From an uncultured Candidatus Rokubacteria bacterium (lineage in GTDB: Bacteria > Methylomirabilota > Methylomirabilia > Rokubacteriales > CSP1-6), in contig CAVWWD010000007.1 in NCBI GenBank assembly GCA_963758635.1, positions 32,001 through 96,000 of the forward strand: DNA of 64,000 nucleotides, in the 5' to 3' direction. Under the pieces are notes generated by a model, which worked only from the letters and a program-made list of their open reading frames with translations, was not told the DNA's origin and searched no databases. Within the stretch, counting starts at the first letter, position 1. The number at the start of each line of letters is the position of its first letter. Below, in pieces: positions 1-9,558 of the stretch. A program made the position numbers and the translations under genes.

Positions 1-685
1 CCAGGCGCGGGAAGTCGTCGGGGATGGGCTTCCACACGATGCGCTCGATCGCGGGCTTCTTGCCCTCCCAGCCCCACCACTCGCGGTTGACCTCCATGAC
101 GAGCCGCTCGTCCTTCACCCACTCGACGAACTTGTAGGCGCCCGTTCCCACCGGCCGGCGCGCGAGCTCCTTCACGCCGTCGTCGGTGGTGAGGCGCGCG
201 GGCAGGATCTGCGCGCCCATCTGGGCCACGCGGACCAGGAGCAGCGGGTCGGGCTTCTTCGAGGCGATCCGCACCGTGGTCGGGTTCAGGACCTGGACCG
301 ACTCGATGGTGGTGAACCCGGCGTTCACCACCGTCTTGCCCGGGGCGAGGTTCCGGTCGAGCGTGGCCTTCACGTCGTCGGCGGTGAGCGGCGTGCCGTC
401 GTGGAACTTCACGCCCTGGCGCAGGGTGAAGTCCCACGTGGTGTCGTTCACCTGCTTCCACGACGTGGCGAGCCCGGGCTGGAGCTTGAGCGCCCCGTCC
501 CACCGCGTCAGCGTGTCGTAGAGGTTGATGAAGTAGTTGACGGTGAGGACCTGGGTGCTGCGCCCCGGGTCCATCGTGGTGGCCTCGGCGGGCTGGCTGA
601 TGACGATCTGCGCCGGCGTCTGGGCCGGCGCCGGCCCGGGCAGGCCGAGGACGATGGCGAGGAGCGCGATGACGACGAGGGGCAT
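1..685 (-). CDS. ABC transporter substrate-binding protein, family 5 (peptide/nickel); 3' end runs off the window
   Basis: Manual translation MPLVVIALLAIVLG...EATTMDPG...LYDTLTRWDGALKLQPGLATSW...WDFTLRQGVKFHDGTPLTADDVKAT...PVGTGAYKFVEW; SD AAAGGAGA upstream of ATG at 685. Confidence 0.9.
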   Translation of the reverse strand, partial: MPLVVIALLAIVLGLPGPAPAQTPAQIVISQPAEATTMDPGRSTQVLTVNYFINLYDTLTRWDGALKLQPGLATSWKQVNDTTWDFTLRQGVKFHDGTPLTADDVKATLDRNLAPGKTVVNAGFTTIESVQVLNPTTVRIASKKPDPLLLVRVAQMGAQILPARLTTDDGVKELARRPVGTGAYKFVEWVKDERLVMEVNREWWGWEGKKPAIERIVWKPIPDDFPRL

Positions 686-771
686 GAGGTGATCTCCTTT
701 GGCGTGCCGCTCAGGAACGTCCACGAGGCTGAGACCCGAACCCGCCTTGACCATGACCGGTCCTCCCGCCG

Positions 772-1821
772 CTACGGCGTGATCCCGAGCAGCCGGGCCG
801 CCGTCTCGCCCAGCATCGCCACGCGGTCGGCGTCACTCAGCCCCGGCGTGGCGAGGATGTGATCCACCGACGTGCTGGTCCACGGGAACGGGTAGTCGGT
901 GCCCATCACGATCTGCCCCGGGCCCGTCTCCGCCGCCAGGTGCCGGAGCGCCTCGGGCGTGAACACGATCGAGTCGTAGTAGAGCTGCCGGAGGTACTCC
1001 GTGGGCTTCTTCGCGAGCGGCCGCGTGTAGCGGGCGGGGAAGGTCGTGATCAGCGCGTCCGACCGCGCTCCGTAGGACGGCAGGTAGCCGCCGCCGTGGG
1101 CCGCGCAGATCTTGAGCCCGGGGAAGCGGTCCAGCGTGCCCTCGAAGATCAGGTGCGAGAGCGCGATCGTCGTCTCGAGGGGGTTGCCGATCACGTTGTC
1201 GAGGCCCCCGCTGCCCCGAAGGCGCTGGGCCAGGGGCGCGGCGGCGCCGTCGGCCTGCGGATGGATGAAGACCAGCACGCCGAGCTGCTCCGCCCTGGCC
1301 CAGACCGGGTGGAACTTCGGGTCGGCCAGCTCCTCGCCGTTGACGCTGCACCCCGCGGAGAGCCCCCTGAGGCCGTATCGCTTGACGCCCGCCTCGAGCT
1401 GCTCCACGGCGAGGTCGGGGTGCTGGAGCGCGGCGGTGGCGAAGGCCACGAAGCGGTCCGGCGTGGCCGCGCAGATCGCGGCCAGCGCCTCGTTCTGCGC
1501 CCGGATCAGCTCGCGCGCAACGTCCCGGTCGGCCCCGTACCAGTACGGGTTGATGCTGAGCGCCTCCACGTCGATGCCCTGCGCGTCCATCGCGCGGATG
1601 CGCTCGGACACGTCGGACATGAGGAGCGTGTCCTGCTCGACCTTCCGCCCCATCAGGGCCATCGCGGCGGGTACCGAGCAGTGCGCGTGCACGTCCACCG
1701 TCTTCACGCGCCGGCCGGCGACGACCACCTCGCGGCGGCGCGCCCCCGTCTGCGTGGGATTCCCTCGCGTCGCATCACACCCTACGAACGCCACGTCACG
1801 CGTCGACTCTGGTCCGCTCAT
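772..1821 (-). CDS. Amidohydrolase family protein (Amidohydro_2, ACMSD-like)
   Basis: DVHAH metal motif, FIHP, AHGGG, MGTDYPF. Confidence 0.9.
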   Translation of the reverse strand: MSGPESTRDVAFVGCDATRGNPTQTGARRREVVVAGRRVKTVDVHAHCSVPAAMALMGRKVEQDTLLMSDVSERIRAMDAQGIDVEALSINPYWYGADRDVARELIRAQNEALAAICAATPDRFVAFATAALQHPDLAVEQLEAGVKRYGLRGLSAGCSVNGEELADPKFHPVWARAEQLGVLVFIHPQADGAAAPLAQRLRGSGGLDNVIGNPLETTIALSHLIFEGTLDRFPGLKICAAHGGGYLPSYGARSDALITTFPARYTRPLAKKPTEYLRQLYYDSIVFTPEALRHLAAETGPGQIVMGTDYPFPWTSTSVDHILATPGLSDADRVAMLGETAARLLGITP

Positions 1822-1830
1822 TGCGCTCCT

Positions 1831-1954
1831 CCCCCTCTCCCTTCCAGGGAGAGGGTTGGGGTGAGGATCCGTCGCACCATCTTACGGGTTGTCCGCCCTC
1901 GCGATTGTGCAACCGCCCCTCACCCCTCCCTCTCCCCAGCGGGGAGAGGGGGAG
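1831..1954. repeat. Two inverted copies of a REP-like palindromic repeat (CCTCACCCCnnCCCTCTCCC..GGGAGAGGG)
   Basis: ccctctcccttccagggagagggttggggtgagg (about 1833-1866) and cctcacccctccctctccccagcggggagaggg (about 1918-1950). Confidence 0.75.
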
Positions 1955-3584
1955 AGGCGTAGTCGCGGGCGGCGGCCGCGGGCGAGATGCGCCGCGCGGC
2001 CACGTCCGCCGCGACCTCGGCGGGGTCGCGCTCGGCGGGCGGGCCGAAGCCGCCGCCGCCCGGCGTGTGGAGCACCACGCGCTCGTCGGAGCGGAGCCAG
2101 TGCTGCGCCTTCGAGGCGAGGACGCGCCCCTGCGCCGTCTCCACCCGGCCGGGGGCGCCGGGGCGTCCGCCGAGGAGACCCTGGCAGGGGATCCGCGCGC
2201 GCTCGAACGACGCGGTGAAGAGCCAGTCCGCGTCGGTCTCCACGCCGAACTCGATCACCATCCCGAGCCCGCCACGATGCCGCCCTGGCCCGCCGCTGTC
2301 CGGGGCGAGGGCCCGGCGGTGGATCACGAGCGGCGACGTGGTCTCCACGATCTCCGCCGGCACGCCGCGGATGGTCGACGGGAACTGCGTGGCGTTGAGG
2401 CCGTCCTTGTCCGGCCGCGCGCCCATGCCGCCCCCGGTGGCCACGAACTCCTTGAAGTGGTGGCCCGTGCGATCGCGGCCCCGCACGTCGAGCGTCCAGA
2501 GGCACGAGGACGACTCCGCGATGACCCGGTCGGGCACGGCGCGGGCCAGCGCGCCCATGACGGCGTCGGGCAGGAACAGGCCGATGAGGTGCCGGCTCGC
2601 CACCGGAGCCGGCCGCGCCGCGTTCAGCAGCGAGCCCTCGGGCGCGGTGATCGTCACGGGCCGGAACGAGCCGGCGTTGTTCGGCACGTGCGGCGCGACC
2701 ACGCACTTCACGCCGTACGTCGTGTACGCCTTCGTGTAGTTCAGCACCACGTTGATCGCGCGCCGCGACGCCGGGGACGAGCCCGCGTAGTCCACGCGGA
2801 GCGTGTCGCCCGCCACGGCCACGCGCGTCTGGATCACCACGGGCTCCTCGAAGCCGTCCAGGCAGAGCGTGTGGTCGTAGGCGCCGTCGGGGATCTCCGC
2901 GATGGCCGCCCGCATCGCCGTCTCGCTGCGGTCGAGGATGGCCGCGGACAGGTCCTCGATGTCGTCGAGTCGGAACTCCTCGAGCATCTCGACCAGCCGG
3001 TGGGCGCCCACGGCGTTGCCGCTCACCTGGGCATGCACGTCGCCGAGCACGGCCTCGGGCGCGCGCACGTTGGCGGCGAGGAGGCCCAGCACCTGCTGGG
3101 GGCGGCCCGCCGCGTACAGGCGGCAGGGCGGCATGAGGAAGCCCTCCTCGTAGCAGTCGAGGGCCTCCACCGTGATGCCGCGCCCCCCGATGTCCATCGC
3201 GTGGCACGTGCTCGCCGTGTAGCCCACCAGCGTGCCGCGGTGGAACACCGGCGTCACGACCGAGATGTCGTTCAGGTGGCCGGAGGCGAGCCAGGGATCG
3301 TTGGTGGCGAGCACGTCGCCGGGGAGGAGCGTCTCCGGCGGGATGGCGCGGATCACGTGGGCCACGACCAGCGCCATGGTGTTGATGTGGCCGGGCGTGC
3401 CCGTGATGGCCTGCGCCACCATGCGGCCCTGCCGGTCGAACACGCCGGCCGAGAGGTCGCCGGACTCGCGCACGATGTTGGTGAAGGCGGTGCGCAGGAG
3501 CGCCTGCGCTTCCTGCTCGACCACCGAGATCAGCCGGCTCCACGCCACCTCGACGAAGACTGGATCGGCCGCGCGCGACGTCAT
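1920..3584 (-). CDS. Hydantoinase B/oxoprolinase family protein
   Basis: C-terminal 554 aa of ORF 1920..4721; TNDPWLASGHLND, HAMDIGG, TPGGGGFG; start overlaps the hyuA-like stop (ATGA). Confidence 0.9.
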   Translation of the reverse strand: MTSRAADPVFVEVAWSRLISVVEQEAQALLRTAFTNIVRESGDLSAGVFDRQGRMVAQAITGTPGHINTMALVVAHVIRAIPPETLLPGDVLATNDPWLASGHLNDISVVTPVFHRGTLVGYTASTCHAMDIGGRGITVEALDCYEEGFLMPPCRLYAAGRPQQVLGLLAANVRAPEAVLGDVHAQVSGNAVGAHRLVEMLEEFRLDDIEDLSAAILDRSETAMRAAIAEIPDGAYDHTLCLDGFEEPVVIQTRVAVAGDTLRVDYAGSSPASRRAINVVLNYTKAYTTYGVKCVVAPHVPNNAGSFRPVTITAPEGSLLNAARPAPVASRHLIGLFLPDAVMGALARAVPDRVIAESSSCLWTLDVRGRDRTGHHFKEFVATGGGMGARPDKDGLNATQFPSTIRGVPAEIVETTSPLVIHRRALAPDSGGPGRHRGGLGMVIEFGVETDADWLFTASFERARIPCQGLLGGRPGAPGRVETAQGRVLASKAQHWLRSDERVVLHTPGGGGFGPPAERDPAEVAADVAARRISPAAAARDYASPPLPAGEREG

Positions 3585-5665
3585 GACCGTCTCCGGGTGA
3601 GCACCAGGTTGAGGCTCTGGTCCACGGCCGCCTCGAAGCCCGGCGTCACGATCACGGTGGACTCGACCTCCTCGATGACGGCGGGTCCCTCCGTCCGCCA
3701 TCCGGGCGGGAGCGTGTAGCGATCCCAGACCGGTGCTCCGTGGAACCCGCCGCCGTGGCGCGCGAGCCAGATCGGCCGCTCGCCCTTGGGCGCGGGCGGG
3801 CCGCCGCGCGGGGCGGGCGGTGTGGGCAGGGCGGGCGCGGGCGACTGCGCGCGGAGCCGCCACGTCACCGCCTCCATCGGCAGGCCGGAGGGCACGTGGC
3901 GGTACCAGGCGCGGTACACGTCCTCGAAGGCGGCGACGAGGGCGGAGAGCCACGCGGCGTCCGGCCGGCCCAGCGGCGCCGGCACCTCGACCTCGTAGCC
4001 CTGGCCGCGATACCGCATCTCCACGAAGCGCCGGACCGTGACGTCTTCCGCCGGCACGCCGGCCAGCGCGAGGGGCGCGCGCGCCTCCGCCTCGAGCGCG
4101 TCGAGGAGGACGGCGAGGGCGTCGAGGTCGGGGGCTTCCAGGCGCATGCCGTGCGAGCGCGCGACCTCGAAGGCGAGCGGCGAGGCGAGGAATCCGAAGC
4201 ACGAGCGCACGCCCGCGCCCGGCGGCACCACCACGGTGCCCACGCCGAGGCGCTCGGCCAGCGTGGCCACGTGCATCGGCGCCGCGCCGCCGAAGGCGTA
4301 CAGGTCGTAGGCCGCGGTCTCCTTGCCGCGCTCCACCGCGTGCATGAGGGCGGCGTTCGCCATGTTCTCGGTGACGATCGCGTGGATGCCCCACGCCGCC
4401 TCGGTCAGCGAGAGGCCGAGCGGCTCGGCCACGTGACGGCGGATGGCCGCCTCCGCGGCGGCGCGATCGAGCGGCATCGCCCCGCCCAGGAAGTAGGCCT
4501 CGTCGAGGTAGCCCAGCACGAGGTTCGCGTCGGTCACCGTGGGCCGCTCGCCGCCGCGCCCGTAGCACGCCGGCCCGGGCTCGGACCCCGCGCTCTCCGG
4601 CCCCACCTTCGGCAGCCGCATGCGGTCCACGTGGGCGATCGATCCGCCGCCCGCGCCGATCTCGATCATCTCCACCACCGGCACCAGGAGCGGCAGCCCG
4701 CTGCCGCGCTTGAAGCGCCACACCCGCGCCACCTCGAACTCGCGCGTGATCTGGGGCTCACCGTCGTCGATCAGGCAGATCTTGGCCGTGGTGCCGCCCA
4801 TGTCGAACGCGAGCACGCGGCGGGCGCCGGTGGCCCGCGCGTGGTGCGCGGCGGCGGCGGCGCCGCCCGCCGGGCCGGACTCCACCAGGCGGATCGGCAC
4901 CTCGCACGCCGTCTGCGTCGTGCACGTGCCGCCGCTGGACAGCATCAGGAGGAGCTGGCCGCCGAAGCCCTCGGCGCGGAGCATCTCGACGAGGGCGCGC
5001 AGGTAGGCCTCGACCACGCCCAGGACGTAGGCGTTGGCCACCGTCGTCGACGCGCGCTCGTACTCGCGGATCTCGCCGGACACGACCGAGGACAGGGACA
5101 CGCGGAGGGTGGGCGCGCGCTCGGCCAGGTGCGCGGCCACCGCGCGCTCGTGGGCGGGATTGCGGTAGGCGTGGAGCAGGCACACCGCGACCGCGTCGAC
5201 GCCGGCGGCGCGCAGGCGGGCCACGAGCGCGTCCAGCTCGGCTCCGTCCACGGCCACGCGCTCGCGGCCGTCGGCCATCATCCGCGCGGACAGGCCCAGC
5301 CGGGAGGCCGGCGGCACGAGCGGCTCGGGCTTCTCGAGGGCGAGGTCGTACGAGTCGTAGCGCGTCTCCCGGCCGATCTCGAGCGCGTCCTCGTGGCCGG
5401 CGGTGGCGATCAGCGCCGTGCGCGCGCCCTTGCGCTCGATGAGGGCGTTGGTGACGAGCGTGGTGCCGTGGATGACGAAGCGCAGGTCGCGCGCGGCGAC
5501 CCCGGCCCGCGCGAGGGCGCGGCGCGCGCCGTCCATCACGCCCGCCGCCGGCTCCTTGGGGGTGGTGAGGACCTTCTCGACGACGGTGGTCGTCCCCGCC
5601 GCGTCCATCAGGACGACGTCGGTGAACGTGCCGCCGATGTCCACGGCGAGCTGCCAGTCGCTCAT
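3581..5665 (-). CDS. Hydantoinase A/oxoprolinase family protein
   Basis: VDIGGTFTD, HGTT, ESGPAGG, DMGGTT, IGAGGGS, SAGSEPGPACY. Confidence 0.92.
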   Translation of the reverse strand: MSDWQLAVDIGGTFTDVVLMDAAGTTTVVEKVLTTPKEPAAGVMDGARRALARAGVAARDLRFVIHGTTLVTNALIERKGARTALIATAGHEDALEIGRETRYDSYDLALEKPEPLVPPASRLGLSARMMADGRERVAVDGAELDALVARLRAAGVDAVAVCLLHAYRNPAHERAVAAHLAERAPTLRVSLSSVVSGEIREYERASTTVANAYVLGVVEAYLRALVEMLRAEGFGGQLLLMLSSGGTCTTQTACEVPIRLVESGPAGGAAAAAHHARATGARRVLAFDMGGTTAKICLIDDGEPQITREFEVARVWRFKRGSGLPLLVPVVEMIEIGAGGGSIAHVDRMRLPKVGPESAGSEPGPACYGRGGERPTVTDANLVLGYLDEAYFLGGAMPLDRAAAEAAIRRHVAEPLGLSLTEAAWGIHAIVTENMANAALMHAVERGKETAAYDLYAFGGAAPMHVATLAERLGVGTVVVPPGAGVRSCFGFLASPLAFEVARSHGMRLEAPDLDALAVLLDALEAEARAPLALAGVPAEDVTVRRFVEMRYRGQGYEVEVPAPLGRPDAAWLSALVAAFEDVYRAWYRHVPSGLPMEAVTWRLRAQSPAPALPTPPAPRGGPPAPKGERPIWLARHGGGFHGAPVWDRYTLPPGWRTEGPAVIEEVESTVIVTPGFEAAVDQSLNLVLTRRRS

Positions 5666-5671
5666 CCCGCG

Positions 5672-5700
5672 AGGCTAGCCCGAGCCTCCCGCCGCGTCAA
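5672..5700 (-). promoter_or_regulatory. sigma70 promoter of the hydantoinase operon, probably leaderless
   Basis: TTGACG-17bp-TAGCCT, then 6 nt, then ATG. Confidence 0.6.
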
Positions 5701-5719
5701 GGCGACGGCGCCGCGGTGA

Positions 5720-5738
5720 TGTACAATCCTCGTGTACA
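5720..5738 (+). promoter_or_regulatory. Probable TA operator (two TGTACA boxes) overlapping -10 TACAAT
   Basis: TGTACA at 5720-5725 and 5733-5738 upstream of a Phd/YefM antitoxin. Confidence 0.55.
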
Positions 5739-5752
5739 AGGAGGATCGTCCC

Positions 5753-5992
5753 ATGAAGAGAGTCAGCGTCGCCGAGGCCCGCCGGACGTTCCGGACGCTC
5801 CTGGACGAGGTGTCGTCCGGACACGAGGTGACGGTGGTGCGCCGAGGCCAGGACGTGGCGCGGCTCGTGCCGCCGAAGCCGTCCGGCCGCCGCCGGCTCC
5901 CCGCGCTCGCCTCCTTCCGTGCTTCGATCCGGGTGAAGGGCGCGCCGATCAGCCGGCTCGTCGCGCGCGCCCGCCGCGAGGCGCGGTACTGA
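5753..5992 (+). CDS. Phd/YefM family antitoxin
   Basis: MKRVSVAEARRTFRTLLDEVSSGHEVTVVRRGQDVARLVP; SD GGAGG. Confidence 0.88.
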   Translation: MKRVSVAEARRTFRTLLDEVSSGHEVTVVRRGQDVARLVPPKPSGRRRLPALASFRASIRVKGAPISRLVARARREARY

Positions 5993-6414
5993 TGTACCTC
6001 GATACCAGCGTCGTCGTCGCCTACTATTGCCCCGAGGCCTTCAGCCAGGCGACCGAGCGCGTCATCCGACGCGACCCCGAGCCGGCGATCAGCGACCTCG
6101 TCGAGGTCGAGTTCTTCTCCGCGGTGGCGCGAAAGGTCCGGGCCCGCGAGATGTCGGCGTCGGACGCCACCCGCAGCTGCGGCCAGCTCGTGGCGCATCT
6201 GCAGGCCGGCCTCTACGCGCGGGTGGCCATCCAGCGCCGACACTACGAGACGGCGCGCGACTGGCTGGCCGGCATGGCGCTGCCGCTTCGTGCGCTCGAT
6301 GCCCTTCATCTCGCCGTGGCCAGCGAGGAGAGGCTGCGTCTGGTCACGTCCGACCGCGACCTGTTCCGCTCGGCGCGAGCTCTCGAGGTTCCGGCGACTC
6401 TGGTCCAGGCCTGA
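5992..6414 (+). CDS. PIN-domain (VapC) toxin
   Basis: MYLDTS...EVE...LRALDALHLAVA...LVTSD; TGATG coupling to the antitoxin. Confidence 0.9.
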   Translation: MYLDTSVVVAYYCPEAFSQATERVIRRDPEPAISDLVEVEFFSAVARKVRAREMSASDATRSCGQLVAHLQAGLYARVAIQRRHYETARDWLAGMALPLRALDALHLAVASEERLRLVTSDRDLFRSARALEVPATLVQA

Positions 6415-6429
6415 CGGAGGCCTCGGCGG

Positions 6430-7131
6430 TCAGCGGGGCGGGGCGGCGACGAAGCGGATCGCGCCGATCAGGCCCTCGGCCACGGTGTGCGTGTCGTTGG
6501 TGTCGATCGACAGCGCCACCGCCGCCGGGCTGTCCGGCGCCTCGCCGTAGATGCGGCGGTAGTCGTCGATCACGTTCCGGCGCTCGGTGACCCACGAGCC
6601 GAGCCCGCGGCCGCCGGAGCGCACGGTCAGGAAGGACACCGTGCGCGTCTTGCGGCTCTGCTCGACGGCGCTGGCGGGCAACACGCCGTCCCAGGTGTAG
6701 CCGATGAGGCGCGAGCGGATCAGCGCCGGCGTCCGCGGCCACACGAGGAAGACGTGCGCGGTGAGGTCGGAGGTCGCCCGCTGCCGGACGTTGGCGCCGG
6801 CGGGCAGGCTCACGATCTTCCAGCTCCACTCGAGGACCGGCGTCCGCGCCAGGTCGACGGACAGATCCCGTGCGATCGTGGAGTGCTCGTCGCGGCTCCG
6901 GAGGCGGAGCGCCTTCATGCCGCCGTCCTGGACGATCGTGAAGTCGTACGCGGGCCGCCCACCGACGGTCTCGTACGTGCGCCAGCCGTCGGGCACGCCG
7001 CGGGCGCCGAGCGGCAGGCGCGCCCAGTCCTCCACGAGCACGGCATCGGCCCCGCGCGCGGGGGCGGCCGGCGCGGCGATCGCCGCGACGAGCAGCACGG
7101 CTCGTGCCCACCGGAGGAGATCGATGCCCAT
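6430..7131 (-). CDS. DUF3047 domain exported protein
   Basis: Signal peptide; TPVLEWSWKI, IGYTWD, WVTERRNVIDDY, SIDTNDT. Confidence 0.75.
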   Translation of the reverse strand: MGIDLLRWARAVLLVAAIAAPAAPARGADAVLVEDWARLPLGARGVPDGWRTYETVGGRPAYDFTIVQDGGMKALRLRSRDEHSTIARDLSVDLARTPVLEWSWKIVSLPAGANVRQRATSDLTAHVFLVWPRTPALIRSRLIGYTWDGVLPASAVEQSRKTRTVSFLTVRSGGRGLGSWVTERRNVIDDYRRIYGEAPDSPAAVALSIDTNDTHTVAEGLIGAIRFVAAPPR

Positions 7132-7146
7132 CGGCGCGTGGGCTCA

Positions 7147-7866
7147 TTATCCGCCCAGGTAGTGCTGGCGCACGTCCGGGTCGTCGAGCAGCTCCTGCCC
7201 GGTGCCCTCGAAGCGGTTCCGTCCCAGCTCGAGGACGAAGCCGCGGTGGGACACGGAGAGCGCCTTCTTCGCGTTCTGCTCGACCATCAGGATGGTGGTG
7301 CCCTCGCGATTGATCTCGAGGATGGTGTCGAACACCGCCTCGACCATGCGCGGGTCGAGCCCGAGGGACGGCTCGTCCACGAGGAGCAGCCGGGGCCGCA
7401 GCAGCAGCGCGATCGCCATCTCGAGGATCTGCTGCTGTCCGCCCGAGAGCGTGCCCGCGGCGTCGGCGCGCTTGTCGGCCAGGAGCGGGAACCGGCGAAA
7501 CAGCGCCTCGATGTCCGCGCGCACGCCGGCGTCGCGGCGGAGGTAGGCGCCCATCTCCAGGTTCTCCTCCACGCTCATCGCCGGGAAGTTGCAACGGCCC
7601 TGCGGCACGTAGCCGATGCCCCGGCGGAGCACGTCCAGGGAGGACCGGCCGCCGATCTCCTCGCCGCCCAGCCGGATCCGGCCCGCGCGCGGCCGCACCA
7701 TGCCGAAGACGGTGCGGAGCAGGGTGGACTTGCCGGCGCCGTTGGCGCCGATGATCGACACGATGTGCCCGGCCTCCACGGATAGCGACACGCCGCGGAG
7801 GACCTCGACTTCCTCGTAGCCGGCGGTCACCTCGTCCAGGCGGAGCAGCGGCTCGTCAGCGGCCAA
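7147..7866 (-). CDS. Branched-chain amino acid ABC ATP-binding protein (LivF-like)
   Basis: GANGAGKST, LSGGQQQ, DEPSLGL, VEQN; probable TTG start. Confidence 0.9.
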   Translation of the reverse strand: MAADEPLLRLDEVTAGYEEVEVLRGVSLSVEAGHIVSIIGANGAGKSTLLRTVFGMVRPRAGRIRLGGEEIGGRSSLDVLRRGIGYVPQGRCNFPAMSVEENLEMGAYLRRDAGVRADIEALFRRFPLLADKRADAAGTLSGGQQQILEMAIALLLRPRLLLVDEPSLGLDPRMVEAVFDTILEINREGTTILMVEQNAKKALSVSHRGFVLELGRNRFEGTGQELLDDPDVRQHYLGG

Positions 7867-8611
7867 AGTACGCCTCGATGACCCGGGGATCGCGCCGGAT
7901 GGCCTCGGGCGGCCCCTCGGCGAGCTTCTGCCCATGGTCGAGCACCACGACCCGTCGCGAGATGTCCATGACAACGTCCATGTTGTGCTCGACGAGGAGC
8001 ACGGTCTTGCCCTGGCGATTGAGCGCGAGGATGTGCTCCTTCATCTGGTTGATCATCGTCGGGTTGATGGCGGCGGCCGGCTCGTCGAGCAGCAGCATCT
8101 CCGGGTCGGGCATGAGCGTGGCCGCGAACGAGAGAAGCTTCCGCTGCCCGTACGAGAGGCGGCCCGCCGGCGTGTCGGCCCGCGCGCCCAGGCCCACGAG
8201 GTCCAGCAGCGTCCGCGCGCGCGCCACGGCCTCGCGCTCCAGCCCGCGGACGCGGCGGGTGCGGACGAGCCGGGCGAGCAGGCTCTCCTCCTGGTGCTGC
8301 TGGACGAACACGAGCAGGTTTTCCAGCACGCTGAGCCGCGCGAAGACGCTCACGTGCTGGAACGTGCGGCCAAGGCCGAGGCGCGCCACGCGGTGGGGTG
8401 GCGCCCCGGTCAGGTCCTGGCCGCGGAAGAGGACCCGTCCGCCGTCGGCGGGAAGATAGCCGGTCACGCAGTTGAAGATCGTCGTCTTGCCCGAGCCGTT
8501 CGGACCGATCAGGCTGACCAGCTCGCCGGCCTCGATGGTCAGGTCCACCGCGTCCACGGCGGTGACTCCCTGGAAGCGCTTGACCAGCCCGCGCACCTCG
8601 AGGAGCGGCAT
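7856..8611 (-). CDS. Branched-chain amino acid ABC ATP-binding protein (LivG-like)
   Basis: GPNGSGKTT, LSYGQRK, LDEPAA, VEHNM, VIEAYFG. Confidence 0.9.
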   Translation of the reverse strand: MPLLEVRGLVKRFQGVTAVDAVDLTIEAGELVSLIGPNGSGKTTIFNCVTGYLPADGGRVLFRGQDLTGAPPHRVARLGLGRTFQHVSVFARLSVLENLLVFVQQHQEESLLARLVRTRRVRGLEREAVARARTLLDLVGLGARADTPAGRLSYGQRKLLSFAATLMPDPEMLLLDEPAAAINPTMINQMKEHILALNRQGKTVLLVEHNMDVVMDISRRVVVLDHGQKLAEGPPEAIRRDPRVIEAYFGR

Positions 8612-9558
8612 CAGGCGCGGGACGGGCGGCGGACGAGGCCCGCGAGGCCCTCGGGCGACCGGACGACGATCACGAGCAGCAGCGCGCCGTAGATCACCAG
8701 GCGCCACGTGGGCGCCAGGCGCAGGATCTCGGGGAGCGCGGTGAACAGCACGGCGCCCACCAGCACGCCCCGCAGGCTGCCCACCCCGCCGAGGAACACG
8801 ATCACGAGCAGGTTCACGGTGAGCGCGATCGTCATCTCCTCGGGGCAGAACACCGAGAGGTAGTGCGCGTAGAGCGCGCCCACGCCCCCGGCGATCGCGC
8901 CGCCCGTGACGAAGGCGAGCATCCGGTACCGGAGGGGATCGATGCCCGCGGCCCCGGCCAGCGGCTCGTTGTCGCGGACGGCGTGCATGGCGCGGCCGAT
9001 CCGGAACGTCGTCATGCGTCGATACAGCAGCACGACCACGGCCAGCGCGGCGAGGGCGAGCCAGTAGTAGGCGGGCAGCGTGGTGACGGCAAGCGTGCCG
9101 ACGCCGGGCATCGCGATCGCGGGCTTGGGGATGCCGGTGATGCAGAGCGGTCCCCGCGTCACCTCCACCCAGTTCGTCGCCACGATGGAGGCGACGAGCG
9201 CGAAGCCGAGCGTACCCACCGCGAACGCGTGCTCGGCGAGGCGGAAGAGCGGCACGCCGGCCAGCGCGGCGACGACGCCGGCAAGGACCACCGCGGCCGC
9301 GAGGTCGGCGAGGAACGGCCACTGCGCGCGCGTGGCGAGGATGGCCGCGGTGTAGGCGCCCACGCCGAAGAACGCGGGGTGGGCGAGGGAGAGGCTCCCC
9401 ACGTGGCCCACGACCAGGTCGTAGGACAGCGCGAGGGCGGCGAAGAGCGCGGTGAAGATGAGGACGTGCACGATGTAGCGCTCGCGCCCGGGGGCCAGCG
9501 CGGCGACCAGCCAGGGCACGCTGACGGCGAGGACGGCGAGCGCGGCGCGCGCGATCAC
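8611..9558 (-). CDS. Branched-chain amino acid ABC permease (LivM-like)
   Basis: SLAHPAFFGVGAY, GRAMHAVRDNE, FLGGVGS; hydrophobic. Confidence 0.88.
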   Translation of the reverse strand: MIARAALAVLAVSVPWLVAALAPGRERYIVHVLIFTALFAALALSYDLVVGHVGSLSLAHPAFFGVGAYTAAILATRAQWPFLADLAAAVVLAGVVAALAGVPLFRLAEHAFAVGTLGFALVASIVATNWVEVTRGPLCITGIPKPAIAMPGVGTLAVTTLPAYYWLALAALAVVVLLYRRMTTFRIGRAMHAVRDNEPLAGAAGIDPLRYRMLAFVTGGAIAGGVGALYAHYLSVFCPEEMTIALTVNLLVIVFLGGVGSLRGVLVGAVLFTALPEILRLAPTWRLVIYGALLLVIVVRSPEGLAGLVRRPSRA

